Source: an uncultured delta proteobacterium (lineage in GTDB: Bacteria > Desulfobacterota > Binatia > UBA9968). Taken from it: a DNA stretch of 64,000 nt. The position numbers and the translations under genes were made by a program. The stretch covers positions 224,001-288,000 of the forward strand of contig CAWFJP010000014.1 of the NCBI GenBank assembly GCA_963816145.1, read 5' to 3'. This document shows, piece by piece, positions 39,413 through 49,039 of this stretch. A model generated the notes under the pieces. The model was not told the DNA's origin. It did no database searches and saw nothing but the letters and a program-made list of their open reading frames with translations. Position 1 is the stretch's first letter. Each line of letters opens with the position of its first letter.

Positions 39413-39736
39413 ATGCGTCAATGTGTTTATTGCGGCGCTCGCGCCGGGCTGTTCGGGAAAATCTGTGGCGATTGTAAGAGACTCGCGGCGCGGGTCGATG
39501 AGCTGCGCGGCAAAGTGGGCTTCGGCCAGTTTCTCGATGGCCTGGCTGAAACCGGCATTGCCAAGGAAAAAATTCTAAAATTTCTCGACGCCGATCCCGA
39601 TGGCAAGGGCAGTGTGCGTGACCAGGTGACCGCCGAGATGACCAGTGAGCTGATGAAGGTGATGGGTATCGCCGGGCGCCAGACCGCCCCCGAGGTCAAG
39701 CGGATTCGCAACAGCGTCAACAAAGGGTCCGACTAG
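39413..39736 (+). CDS. Hypothetical protein with N-terminal CxxC...CxxC zinc finger
   Basis: CVYC...CGDC; co-directional in an operon-like run. Confidence 0.7.
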   Translation: MRQCVYCGARAGLFGKICGDCKRLAARVDELRGKVGFGQFLDGLAETGIAKEKILKFLDADPDGKGSVRDQVTAEMTSELMKVMGIAGRQTAPEVKRIRNSVNKGSD

Positions 39737-39756
39737 TCTTAGCCGCGATCTGGTTC

Positions 39757-40236
39757 ATGGCTCTCACCATTTATCTATCGCTGGTTTTTCTCGTTGTCTA
39801 TTTGATCGGCTTGGCGATCCGTCACTGGATATTCGTGCGCGATCGCAATCGCATGGCGGCTGAAAGCCGCAATGGTGGCCGGGTGGTTGCGCGCGTCGAG
39901 GAGGTCCGGCCGGGCGCGGTCAAGAAATTCTGGCTGATCTGCCAGAAGTACCGGCTCGACGCGATTCTCATCAACGATCAGGGCAACTACTACGCCTATG
40001 TCAATCGCTGCCGCCATATGCCGACGCCGTTGGATTTCGTCCGCGATGAGTTTTACAGCGACGACCGCCGTTACTTGCAATGTTATACTCATGGCGCCCT
40101 CTATGAGTTTGCCAGCGGTTTATGTGTCTCGGGGCCATGCAAAGGCGAGTCGCTCTATCGCTTGCCGGTGCACGTCGATGGCGGCGAGGTGTTGGTGGGC
40201 TGTCCGCAGGGCGATTTGAGGCCGATGGGAGAATAG
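39757..40236 (+). CDS. Rieske [2Fe-2S] protein with N-terminal TM helix
   Basis: CRH...CYTHG Rieske motifs, GPC. Confidence 0.88.
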   Translation: MALTIYLSLVFLVVYLIGLAIRHWIFVRDRNRMAAESRNGGRVVARVEEVRPGAVKKFWLICQKYRLDAILINDQGNYYAYVNRCRHMPTPLDFVRDEFYSDDRRYLQCYTHGALYEFASGLCVSGPCKGESLYRLPVHVDGGEVLVGCPQGDLRPMGE

Positions 40237-40250
40237 GATAGAAGATTCCT

Positions 40251-40619
40251 ATGGATGCACCGAAGAAACCGTCAGGGAAATTGGTCGGGTCGGTCGGCGA
40301 ACTGGAGCATGGCAAGAGCAAGAAGTTCATCATGAAGCGCGCCGGGCGAGAGTTCGAAGCGCTGCTGGTCAACTTCGACGGCACTCACTTCGCTTATGTT
40401 AATCGTTGCCCCCATACCGGCATCACCCTCGATTTTGTCAACAATCAGTTCTTCAGCTCCGACAACCGTTATCTCATGTGCGCCACTCATGGCGCGGTTT
40501 TCGAGCCGCCCACCGGCGAATGCATCTGGGGCCCCTGCGTCGGGTTGTCGCTGCAAAGCCTGCCGATCGAGATTACCGACGGGCAGATCTATGCCAAGTT
40601 GCCCGGCGCCGACGATTGA
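40251..40619 (+). CDS. Rieske [2Fe-2S] ferredoxin
   Basis: CPH...CATHG motifs, GPC. Confidence 0.9.
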   Translation: MDAPKKPSGKLVGSVGELEHGKSKKFIMKRAGREFEALLVNFDGTHFAYVNRCPHTGITLDFVNNQFFSSDNRYLMCATHGAVFEPPTGECIWGPCVGLSLQSLPIEITDGQIYAKLPGADD

Positions 40620-40653
40620 TCAGGGGCCTTCACGATGAGTGAATGGGGGAGTT

Positions 40654-40740
40654 CGCCGCAGAGGCACGGAGTCCGCAGAGTTCGCAATGTATCTTAATCG
40701 AAACGAGTCGTTACTCCGTGTCCTCTGCGTCTCTGCGGCG
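40654..40740. repeat. CGCAGAG-type palindrome (intact copy)
   Basis: CGCCGCAGAGGCACGGAGTCCGCAGAG...CTCCGTGTCCTCTGCGTCTCTGCGGCG. Confidence 0.85.
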
Positions 40741-40797
40741 CGACCTCCGACTATTCGCGCATACCGCGTCGACTGAAATCGGTGCAAGGAGTTCCCG

Positions 40798-41142
40798 ATG
40801 AGCGATTGCCTTTTCTGCGGCATTGCCGACGGTAAGATCAAAGCTAATTTTGTCTATCAGGACGAAGCCGTGCTGGCGTTCAAGGATATCGCACCCAAGG
40901 CACCGGTGCATATTCTCATCATCCCGCGCAAGCATGTTGTCAGCGTGCTCGACATCGAAGCGAACGACAGCGGTGTAATCGGCCGGATCTTTCAGGTCGC
41001 CGGCCAATTGGCGCGCGAGCAGGGCATCGCCGACAGCGGCTTTCGCGTGGTGGTCAATTCCGGCGCTGATGCCGGCCAGAGCGTGTCTCATCTTCATTAC
41101 CATCTACTCGGCGGGCGGCGGATGACGTGGCCGCCCGGCTAG
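40798..41142 (+). CDS. hinT: Histidine triad nucleotide-binding protein
   Basis: CLFC, FKDIAPKAPVH, GQSVSHLHYHLLGGR. Confidence 0.92.
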   Translation: MSDCLFCGIADGKIKANFVYQDEAVLAFKDIAPKAPVHILIIPRKHVVSVLDIEANDSGVIGRIFQVAGQLAREQGIADSGFRVVVNSGADAGQSVSHLHYHLLGGRRMTWPPG

Positions 41143-41183
41143 CACCGGCGTTTTCCCTTTACAACATAACCAGCGGGAGAATT

Positions 41184-42443
41184 ATGGCGACACTTGAATG
41201 GCGCAGTGAAACCAACGAGATGGCGGTGCAGCAGTTCGATGTCGCCGCCAACAAACTGGGTGTCGATCCGAATCTTGCGAGCCGCTTACGCCGGCCCGAT
41301 CGGGCGATGATCGTCAGCGTGCCGACGCGCATGGACGATGGCCGCGTCCATGTCTTTACCGGTTATCGAGTGCAGCACAACGACGTCCTGGGGCCGTTTA
41401 AAGGCGGCGTTCGTTATCATCCCGCGGTCAATCTCGGCGAGGTTTCAGCGCTCGCCATGTGGATGACCTGGAAATGTTCCCTGGTCGGCTTGCCTTTGGG
41501 CGGCGCCAAAGGCGGCATCGCTTGCGATCCGGCGGAGTTGTCGCGCCACGAATTACAATCGATGACCCGGCGCTTCACCGCCGAGATTTTGAACTTCATC
41601 GGTCCGGAAGTGGACGTGCCGGCGCCCGACATGGGCACCAACGAGCAGGTTATGGCGTGGATGATGGATACTTACTCGCAGCACAAAGGCCACGCCGTGC
41701 CGGAGATCGTCACCGGCAAGCCGGTCGCCATCGGCGGCACTCTCGGTCGTCGCGAAGCGACCGGGCGGGGAGTGGTCTACACGATCATCGAGGCGGCCAA
41801 ACACTTAAACATTGATCTGGCCAAATGCACCGCGGTGGTTCAGGGATTCGGCAATGTCGGTTCGGTGGCGGCCAAAGAACTCACCAATATCGGTGTCAAG
41901 ATCATTGGCATCGCCGACCGTACCGGCGGTTTTGTCGATACCCAAGGTTTACCGGTGGACAAGTTGCTCGAGGTGGCTAGCAAGAACCACAGTCTCGAAG
42001 GCTGCCCTTACGGTGACAAAATCAGCAACGCCGAACTCTTGGAACTGAAATGCGATATTTTGGTGCCGGCGGCGATGGAAATGCAGATCACCAAAAATAA
42101 TGCCGCGCGCATTCACTGCCGGCTGTTGGCCGAAGGCGCCAACGGTCCGACCACGCCGGAAGCCGACGCGATATTGCGCGACAAAGGGATTTTCTTGATT
42201 CCAGATATTCTGGCCAACGCCGGCGGAGTCGTCGTGTCCTATTTCGAGTGGGTGCAGGACCTGCAGAACTTTTTCTGGACCGAAGACGAGGTCAACAAGA
42301 AACTGCGCGAAATTCTCGTCAAAGCGTTTCACGAAGTGCTGGACATGAGCCAGACGCAAAAGGTCGACATGCGCATGGCCGCGCTCATGATCGGCATCGA
42401 ACGGGTCACCAAAGCGATGCTCTGGCGCGGCCTCTACGCCTAG
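41184..42443 (+). CDS. gdhA: Glutamate dehydrogenase (Glu/Leu/Phe/Val family)
   Basis: GPFKGGVRY, GGAKGG, DVPAPD, QGFGNVG, EGANGP, ANAGGV..SYFEW. Confidence 0.9.
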   Translation: MATLEWRSETNEMAVQQFDVAANKLGVDPNLASRLRRPDRAMIVSVPTRMDDGRVHVFTGYRVQHNDVLGPFKGGVRYHPAVNLGEVSALAMWMTWKCSLVGLPLGGAKGGIACDPAELSRHELQSMTRRFTAEILNFIGPEVDVPAPDMGTNEQVMAWMMDTYSQHKGHAVPEIVTGKPVAIGGTLGRREATGRGVVYTIIEAAKHLNIDLAKCTAVVQGFGNVGSVAAKELTNIGVKIIGIADRTGGFVDTQGLPVDKLLEVASKNHSLEGCPYGDKISNAELLELKCDILVPAAMEMQITKNNAARIHCRLLAEGANGPTTPEADAILRDKGIFLIPDILANAGGVVVSYFEWVQDLQNFFWTEDEVNKKLREILVKAFHEVLDMSQTQKVDMRMAALMIGIERVTKAMLWRGLYA

Positions 42444-42514
42444 ACAGCCGGCTGCATTGAAGCGTCGGCGAGAAACTGTTAACACCTTTATACTTTTGTG
42501 AGGAAGGTGTTGTA

Positions 42515-43075
42515 ATGGTTCAGGCAACTCAACTGCGGCCGGGCATGATTATTGTTCACGGGGGCGATCTATATCGCGTCACCGCGGTGCACCACCTTAC
42601 TCCCGGCAACAAGCGCGGCTTCATGCAGACCAAGATGAAGAGTCTGCGCACCGGCATCGGCACGGAATATAAGTTCCGCTCGGAAGACCGCGTCGATCAG
42701 GCGATCTTGGATAACCGTCAATTTCAATATCTCTACGCCGAAGGCGACATGCACACCTTCATGGACACCGAGAATTACGAGCAGATCACGCTCAGTGCCG
42801 AAGATATCGGCGATCTGTTGAATTACCTGCTGCCCAACTCCATGGTCGGCATCGAGTTCCACGACGGCAAGCCGGTCGGCATCAACCCGCCGTCCACCGT
42901 CGACTTACAAGTCGTCGATACCGAGCCGTCCATGAAAGGGGCGACGGCGAGCGCTTCCTACAAACCGGCGAAGTTGGAGACGGGAGTCACGGTGTTGGTG
43001 CCGCCGTTCATTCAGATCGGCGACAAAGTGCGCGTCGATCCCACCGACGGTTCCTATCAGGAGCGGGTTAAATAG
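42515..43075 (+). CDS. efp: Elongation factor P
   Basis: QYLY, FMDTENYEQ, KPAKLETG..V.VPPFI; loop reads TPGNKRG. Confidence 0.96.
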   Translation: MVQATQLRPGMIIVHGGDLYRVTAVHHLTPGNKRGFMQTKMKSLRTGIGTEYKFRSEDRVDQAILDNRQFQYLYAEGDMHTFMDTENYEQITLSAEDIGDLLNYLLPNSMVGIEFHDGKPVGINPPSTVDLQVVDTEPSMKGATASASYKPAKLETGVTVLVPPFIQIGDKVRVDPTDGSYQERVK

Positions 43076-43664
43076 CCTGGATCTTTGCGACAACGGCGCG
43101 GACTTGGGTTTCGAGATCCGCCAAGCTGCCGTCGTTTTCGATAACGTAGTCGGCCAGCCGCCGTTTTTCTTCCAAACTCATCTGCGCGTCGATAATTTTT
43201 TGCGCCGCCGCGGCATCGATGCCGTCGCGCTGCTGCAGGCGCCGGCGCTGAACATCGACGTCGCAGGCGACAAGAATTACCGGGCGCAGCCATTCATGGA
43301 TCTTGCCTTCGAAGAGCAGGGGAACCTCGTAGACAATCAGCTCGACGCCTGCCGCGGCGTGCTCGCGGATGCGTTGTTCCGCCAGCGCGCGCACGCGCGG
43401 ATGGATGATCGCTTCGAGTTGTCTGCGCGCGTCGGGATTGTTGAAGATGATCGTCCGCAACCTTTGCCGATCGAGGGTTTGGTCGTCCTGCAGCACCCCG
43501 CGGCCAAATGTCGCGACAATCTCGTCCCAGCCGTCGTGGCCGGGGGCGACAACCTCCCGGGAGAGCACGTCGGCATCGACGATCGCCGCGCCGAGACGCC
43601 GCAAGATTTTTGCCACCGTGCTTTTGCCCGACGCGATGCCGCCAGTCAGTCCGACGAGTTTCAC
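43068..43664 (-). CDS. coaE: Dephospho-CoA kinase
   Basis: GLTGGIASGKSTV, LEAIIHP, EVPLLFE, ADYVIEN. Confidence 0.96.
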   Translation of the reverse strand: MKLVGLTGGIASGKSTVAKILRRLGAAIVDADVLSREVVAPGHDGWDEIVATFGRGVLQDDQTLDRQRLRTIIFNNPDARRQLEAIIHPRVRALAEQRIREHAAAGVELIVYEVPLLFEGKIHEWLRPVILVACDVDVQRRRLQQRDGIDAAAAQKIIDAQMSLEEKRRLADYVIENDGSLADLETQVRAVVAKIQAI

Positions 43665-43747
43665 GCCACAGTAATTACAAAATCGCTAGAGCCTTTCAAG
43701 CAAAAGTTCTAAACTGGTTGAATAGTTACAATATGGAAACAGACAGG

Positions 43748-44011
43748 ATGGCGCGAGTAATTATCTACACCACCAACTGGTGCCCTTACTGCAACGCTGC
43801 GAAAGCGCTCTTGCGATCCAAGTCGGTCGAGTTCGAAGAGATCGATGTCACCGACGACCCGCAAGAACGCATGGAAATGGAACGCCTGTCCCGCCGCCGC
43901 ACGGTGCCGCAGATCTTCATTGACGGCCGCCCGATCGGCGGCTACGACGACGCCAGGATGCTCGACGCCATCGGAGAGCTGGATAAACTGTTGGGGATTG
44001 CCGGGGATTGA
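43748..44011 (+). CDS. grxC: Glutaredoxin 3
   Basis: CPYC active site, TVPQIFI, IGGYDD. Confidence 0.93.
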   Translation: MARVIIYTTNWCPYCNAAKALLRSKSVEFEEIDVTDDPQERMEMERLSRRRTVPQIFIDGRPIGGYDDARMLDAIGELDKLLGIAGD

Positions 44012-44057
44012 TTTTCAAATTGCCGGTTGGAAAAAGCTATTATTGAATTTTATGGGA

Positions 44058-44097
44058 AAGTGGAGGCGGAGAGCGGATTCAAAGCGCTGCATCAAGG
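44058..44097 (-). repeat. Degenerate duplicate of the tRNA-Cys 3' end (att site)
   Basis: AAGTGGAGGCGGAGAGCGGATTCAAAGCGCTGCATCAAGG versus 49662-49701, 36/40 identical. Confidence 0.88.
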
Positions 44098-44145
44098 CAA
44101 AAAACGCAAAGACATGAAATGATCCTTAGTGCGAAGGATCCTGGA

Positions 44146-44224
44146 TTTCCAGGCTTTTTTTTGGGGGATGTTAAGGAGTGTTACGCCTTCTCACCCCATT
44201 TTGGCACAAAACCGGAACGTTTTT
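44146..44224 (+). repeat. Island sub-terminal direct repeat, copy 1
   Basis: ~80-bp block with a 26-bp identical core TTTTGGCACAAAACCGGAACGTTTTT (44199-44224). Confidence 0.85.
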
Positions 44225-45044
44225 CTGAGCCGTCGGAATTCGAAAAATGATAGAGGGGCACCCCCTGTAGCATTCGTGTTGACCCGTTAGAGCAAGGCTA
44301 ACAATATCCCCAAATGACTAATGAAACTTGAGCGAGCACTCATTGGAATTCACAGACTCGGCATAGCCGCAGAAGACTTGGAGGCTTAATAGCATGGAAA
44401 ATTCTGAAACCTTGCTGGCACTGTCAGACCATTCGTGGCAAAAGCCGCAAGAACTATTCTCAGAAATTCACAGTGTAAAACGAAATGGGCATTTCTTGCG
44501 GCGTTCTGTCGATGCGGACGGAACATGTGAAGCAAGGCGGATATCCACTGGACGCGCCAGTGCGGTTGGCTGTGCAGGGATATAAAAGCTTGCGCAGCGA
44601 TCTTTGAGGCAGCCAAGCGGATCGCCTCCGACCGAATCGAGGTTGAGATTTTCCGTCGGAGATTTGACGGCTATGACCCCCCATAATGTACTAACGCGCG
44701 ATAAACGGGAAATTTCCCGAATGGAGCGAGACCTAGGCGTAAGGGCGTTCGCCCGGAGAAGTATCGAAGATCTTACCGGATGAATGCGTTCGTGCGGCCA
44801 TCGACTCGCACGATAAGCCATCTGCCGCGGTCACCGGAGGCGGAGAACGTGATTGACGTTGAGTCGAATGAGACGCTGGCGGCGTAGTCGAAGCACGGTC
44901 TTACGCGCTGGATCAAACGTCAATTCGTGGGGATTGGCAGTTCAGGCAGGGGGACATACAATAACGCGGTACATGTAGGATTCGAGTGAACAACGACGTG
45001 TCAATACACTTTGGTAACGGACGCGATCAATTGTTGGCGTGCTG

Positions 45045-45227
45045 ATGGAACAACACGTTAAATTGGAAAACTTTACTGAGTTTGAGAAGAGTTTGGAGAA
45101 TTTTGAACCATCTCGGAAGCAACCACGAAAAGCTAGGCGGGAAATTCGACCGGTCAGCGTAGCCCCTCCTCATCCAAGTGAGTGCGCCGACGTTAACCTC
45201 GTTGAATATGCTTTTTCTAACGAGTGA
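45045..45227 (+). CDS. Possible small peptide upstream of the GT2 gene
   Basis: 60-codon ORF ending 24 bp before the GT2 start; no clear RBS. Confidence 0.3.
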   Translation: MEQHVKLENFTEFEKSLENFEPSRKQPRKARREIRPVSVAPPHPSECADVNLVEYAFSNE

Positions 45228-45251
45228 ATTCATGGGACGGGAAGGCGGAAA

Positions 45252-46760
45252 ATGCAAGACCCAAAAGTGACTATCGTCGTTGTCCCACGAGAACGGCTTA
45301 GTTTTGCCGAGCGGTGTATAACCAGCATCTATGAGAATACCTCCGTTCCATTTAAGCTCATTTACGTGAGCGGCGGGGTGCCGAAACAAGTACGAGATTA
45401 CTTGGAGATCGAGTCTCACCGAAAGGGCTTTCGATTCTTGATCGACGAAAATTACCTTTCGCCTAATCACGCCCGCAATCTTTCCCTACCGCATGTCAAA
45501 ACCAAATATCTGGTCTTTTTGGATAACGATACCCTAGTCACAAAAGGATGGCTTGAAAGACTCCTGAGATGCGCGGAAGAGACGGACGCGTCCATAGTCG
45601 GGCCGCTTTACCTAATTGGCGAATTCGAACGTGCTATAATTCATATGGCGGGAGGTCGTCTCCATAGAGAGAATACGGCGGGGAATCGAGTTTTAGTCGA
45701 CGAGCAACATCTATTCGATACGCCGATCCCGGAAGCAAAAATGCGGCTCCGTCGGCGAGTTTGCGATTATGTTGAGTTTCACTGCATGCTGGTTCGCACC
45801 GATGTTTTTGATCAGATCGGATTGATGGATGAAAAATTGCCGTGTCTCCATGAAGAGCGCGATTTCTGCCTCACTGTTTCCGGCGCAGGTGGGGGAATAT
45901 ATATAGAACCAAAGGCGGTGGTTACCTATGTTCCGCCTCCTCCCTGCGAATCGTGGGATTTGCCATACTTCATGCTTCGTTGGAGTGAGGCGTGGATTCA
46001 CTCAAGCGTTCGTCATTTTAACCAAAAATGGGGACTTGCATCCGTTCGCCATATTTCCGACATTTCAAACAATTTTGCCGAAGGTACGGTCATAGGTTTC
46101 GGCCGAGCATGGCGCCGGCGAGTAGCCGGCACCAAGGTGACGTTTGACTCCGCGAGTGACCACGGGATCCAACCACTGGATCAGGCAAGAATCATGATTG
46201 CACTCTTGCAGTCGGTCGACAGAGAGCAGTTCGATTTTGCCCGTATCTCGGCCGATGGGGAGACTGTGCCAACTGCTTCCGCACTGTCGCCTGAAGAGCT
46301 TCATAAGCGGTTATCGCAGCTCTTAACGGACGCGGATGCTCATCGAGCTGGCGTCGGTATTCGTCCCCTTGACGGTAACACACAAGATGCTCCGACTTTA
46401 ATCGCATTGAATCGGCTCCCAACTGAGAACATGCGGAGAATCAGGCAACACGCCTTCATGACCTTGGAAACGGAGCCGGAGCTGTATCAATGCTGGGTGG
46501 CTGTCGATACGCAAAGCGTGCGACCAGATACCGTCTTCGGTGGCATACTAGCTCAACTGGCCAAAAATTCGGTTACGAGTCGCTTTTCCGGGTTAGCGGG
46601 GGGCAGGGTGGCTCGGCCGGGTTTGCGATCTGTCATTACACCGGATTCGCGCGTCCGGCTTATTGAAGGGACTGTCGGTCTTCTCAATACGGCGATGCAA
46701 ATGGAAAAGGATATCGATCTGTTTCGACATCAATGTTCTTTACCAGAGGTAGGGGCATGA
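45252..46760 (+). CDS. GT2 glycosyltransferase fused to a degenerate RepB-primase-like C-terminal domain
   Basis: VTIVVVPRER, LVFLDND (DxD), VEFHCMLVR..FDQIG..DE. The C-terminal ~180 aa contain GIRP...AFMTLETEPELYQCWVAV...GLAG. Confidence 0.85.
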   Translation: MQDPKVTIVVVPRERLSFAERCITSIYENTSVPFKLIYVSGGVPKQVRDYLEIESHRKGFRFLIDENYLSPNHARNLSLPHVKTKYLVFLDNDTLVTKGWLERLLRCAEETDASIVGPLYLIGEFERAIIHMAGGRLHRENTAGNRVLVDEQHLFDTPIPEAKMRLRRRVCDYVEFHCMLVRTDVFDQIGLMDEKLPCLHEERDFCLTVSGAGGGIYIEPKAVVTYVPPPPCESWDLPYFMLRWSEAWIHSSVRHFNQKWGLASVRHISDISNNFAEGTVIGFGRAWRRRVAGTKVTFDSASDHGIQPLDQARIMIALLQSVDREQFDFARISADGETVPTASALSPEELHKRLSQLLTDADAHRAGVGIRPLDGNTQDAPTLIALNRLPTENMRRIRQHAFMTLETEPELYQCWVAVDTQSVRPDTVFGGILAQLAKNSVTSRFSGLAGGRVARPGLRSVITPDSRVRLIEGTVGLLNTAMQMEKDIDLFRHQCSLPEVGA

Positions 46761-48952
46761 ATGACACCATGCTAAATCAATCACTCGAGCAGAAACCAAC
46801 GCAGGTCAACGTTGCGATCAGCGCAACTTTTGTTGCTGAACCTATAGAGGAGTCACTTAGCTCTTGGATGGCGGCGATGGGAATCGACGCGAAAATAGAG
46901 TTTGCGCCGTTCGACCAAGTTTTCCAGCAATTGTTAAATCCTCTTAGCCTACTTTTCGCCAACGCCGCCGGAATAAAAGTGATCTTGTTGCGCTTTAGCG
47001 ACTGGTGCAACGAATCCGGACACCCGAAAGCGACGCTTGAAGGATCGGAAGATCTAAATTCGGGTGTAAAGTCGCGCATAGATGAATTCGTCAACGCTTT
47101 GTCCACTGCAATCCGGCGATGCCCATCCACCGTTATCGTTTTTGTCTGTCCGGAAGACCCAGCGAAACAGGAAAATCGGCCGGTAGGAGAACGTCTGGAT
47201 GAGCTGACCGAGTTGGAAGATCTCCTTGTTATAAAGGCAATGGCGTTGGAAGGCGTTCGGGTCATTACGGCGAGCGAAGTAGAGAGTCTTTACCCTGTGG
47301 CCGATCGTTTCGATTCGTCGGCTAATGCAATGGCGAGTATCCCCTACACGCCAATTTATTATGCCGCGCTTGGAACTATGGTTGCTCGCAAAGTCCAGAC
47401 GTTGCTATTCCCACCTTACAAGGTCATTCTTCTCGATTGCGACGGAACCCTATGGGATGGTATTTGCGGAGAGGATGGTCCGCTAGGAATACGGATTGAT
47501 GCCGTCAGGCTATCTTTACAGGAATTTATCGTCAGCCAAAGCCTACAAGGAATGCTGGTTTGTCTCTGCAGCAAAAATAACGAGTCGGACGTGCTCGCAG
47601 TGTTCGATTATAGAAAAGATATGGTCTTGAAGCGTGACCACCTTACCATGTGCCGCATAAATTGGCGCAATAAATCTGACAATATTCAATCACTATCGCG
47701 AGGATTGGGACTGGCATTGGATAGCTTCATTTTCATTGATAATGACCCTGTGGAGTGCGCCGAGATACGTGCGCGTTGCCCGGATGTCTTAACTCTATTG
47801 CTCCCTGAGGATCCCAATTCCATTTCGTTGTTTTTGAAACATGTTTGGGCCTTCGACCAGGATCAAGTGTCGAAGGAAGGTCAAGAAAGAACCAAACTAT
47901 ATCGGGAGCACTTTAAGCGCGAGACGTTTCGGCGTGAGTCTCCGACATTAAAGGAATTCCTCACCAAGCTGGAATTGAAAGTTGATATTGCTCCGTTGGT
48001 TGAAAATGACGCCGCTCGGGTATCTGAGCTCACATTTAGGACAAATCAATTCAACTTAACCTCCACGAAGCGATCGGTGGCGCAGATAAGCAAGTTTCTT
48101 CGAGTCGATAATGGCGAGTGCCTAACCATTCGCGTAAAAGACCGTTTCGGCGACTACGGATTGGTCGGCGTAATATTTTGCCAAACTCATGGCAACGCGT
48201 TGCTGATAGATACGTTCCTGTTAAGTTGTCGGGCGTTGGGGCGGGGCGTCGAACATCGCCTATTGGCCGGTCTCGGAGAGATGGCTCTAAAGCGAGGCTT
48301 GACCTACGTTGATCTTTGCTTCATCCCGTCGAGCAAGAACGAACCGGCGTTAGACTTCCTTCGCGAACTCCACTGCGCAGTGCCAAGAACACTTGAGAAA
48401 CAGATTGTTTACCGTATGGCGGCGCGCGAAGCGGCCCAAGTCATCTACGATCCGGACACTGAGCGCAGCTCAATCGACCGGGAAGCCGACGTGAAGCCGG
48501 TCGCGATCGCGGAGTCACGACCAGACTCGCGACAAAGAGCAGCGCTTTTAAGTTCAATTCCGAACATTTTGTCGGATCCCGTTCTTATTCATCGTTGGGC
48601 CACACAAACTCGTTTGCGAAGTGAGTCGGATACCGAGTTCATAGAACCGGTCACGCCGGCAGAAGTTCGTATCGCGGGCTTTTTTTCAGAACTTCTACAG
48701 ATTGATCGGGTTGGGCTTAACGACGGATTTTTTCAACTTGGCGGCCATTCATTGATGGCAATGCAGCTTCTATCCCGGATTAACGCGGCGTTTGGCGTGA
48801 CGATTGAGCCGATAGTCCTCTTTACCTCCAGGATTTCAGTTGCTGACTTGGCTATTGCAGTGCTCAACGACCAACTAAGACAACAGAATCCGCAAGCTGT
48901 TGACAGTATCCTTGATTCGCTCTCAGCAATCACTGACGACGATGAGCCGTAA
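46757..48952 (+). CDS. FkbH-like HAD-IIIC glyceryl transferase/phosphatase with GNAT-like domain and C-terminal carrier (ACP/PCP) domain
   Basis: LLDCDGTLW, SKN, FIDND, RTNQFN, DRFGDYG, LSCRALGRGVE, FFQLGGHSL (Ppant Ser); ATGA overlap with the GT2 stop. Confidence 0.92.
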   Translation: MNDTMLNQSLEQKPTQVNVAISATFVAEPIEESLSSWMAAMGIDAKIEFAPFDQVFQQLLNPLSLLFANAAGIKVILLRFSDWCNESGHPKATLEGSEDLNSGVKSRIDEFVNALSTAIRRCPSTVIVFVCPEDPAKQENRPVGERLDELTELEDLLVIKAMALEGVRVITASEVESLYPVADRFDSSANAMASIPYTPIYYAALGTMVARKVQTLLFPPYKVILLDCDGTLWDGICGEDGPLGIRIDAVRLSLQEFIVSQSLQGMLVCLCSKNNESDVLAVFDYRKDMVLKRDHLTMCRINWRNKSDNIQSLSRGLGLALDSFIFIDNDPVECAEIRARCPDVLTLLLPEDPNSISLFLKHVWAFDQDQVSKEGQERTKLYREHFKRETFRRESPTLKEFLTKLELKVDIAPLVENDAARVSELTFRTNQFNLTSTKRSVAQISKFLRVDNGECLTIRVKDRFGDYGLVGVIFCQTHGNALLIDTFLLSCRALGRGVEHRLLAGLGEMALKRGLTYVDLCFIPSSKNEPALDFLRELHCAVPRTLEKQIVYRMAAREAAQVIYDPDTERSSIDREADVKPVAIAESRPDSRQRAALLSSIPNILSDPVLIHRWATQTRLRSESDTEFIEPVTPAEVRIAGFFSELLQIDRVGLNDGFFQLGGHSLMAMQLLSRINAAFGVTIEPIVLFTSRISVADLAIAVLNDQLRQQNPQAVDSILDSLSAITDDDEP

Positions 48953-49039
48953 GTCTTTTAAGCGCAGGATACGGAGTTTCGACGCTGGTCTAACGCAAGT
49001 CATCACGCGCTCAACTACCAAATGATTGTTCTCAGTGCG

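Noticed and set aside
44058-44097. Second tRNA gene
   Set aside because: Only the 3' part is present, with mismatches in the T arm; it is an att remnant.
44394-44821. Integrase remnant at the island's left end
   Set aside because: No tyrosine-recombinase R-H-R-Y or serine-recombinase motifs are recognisable in the short ORFs.
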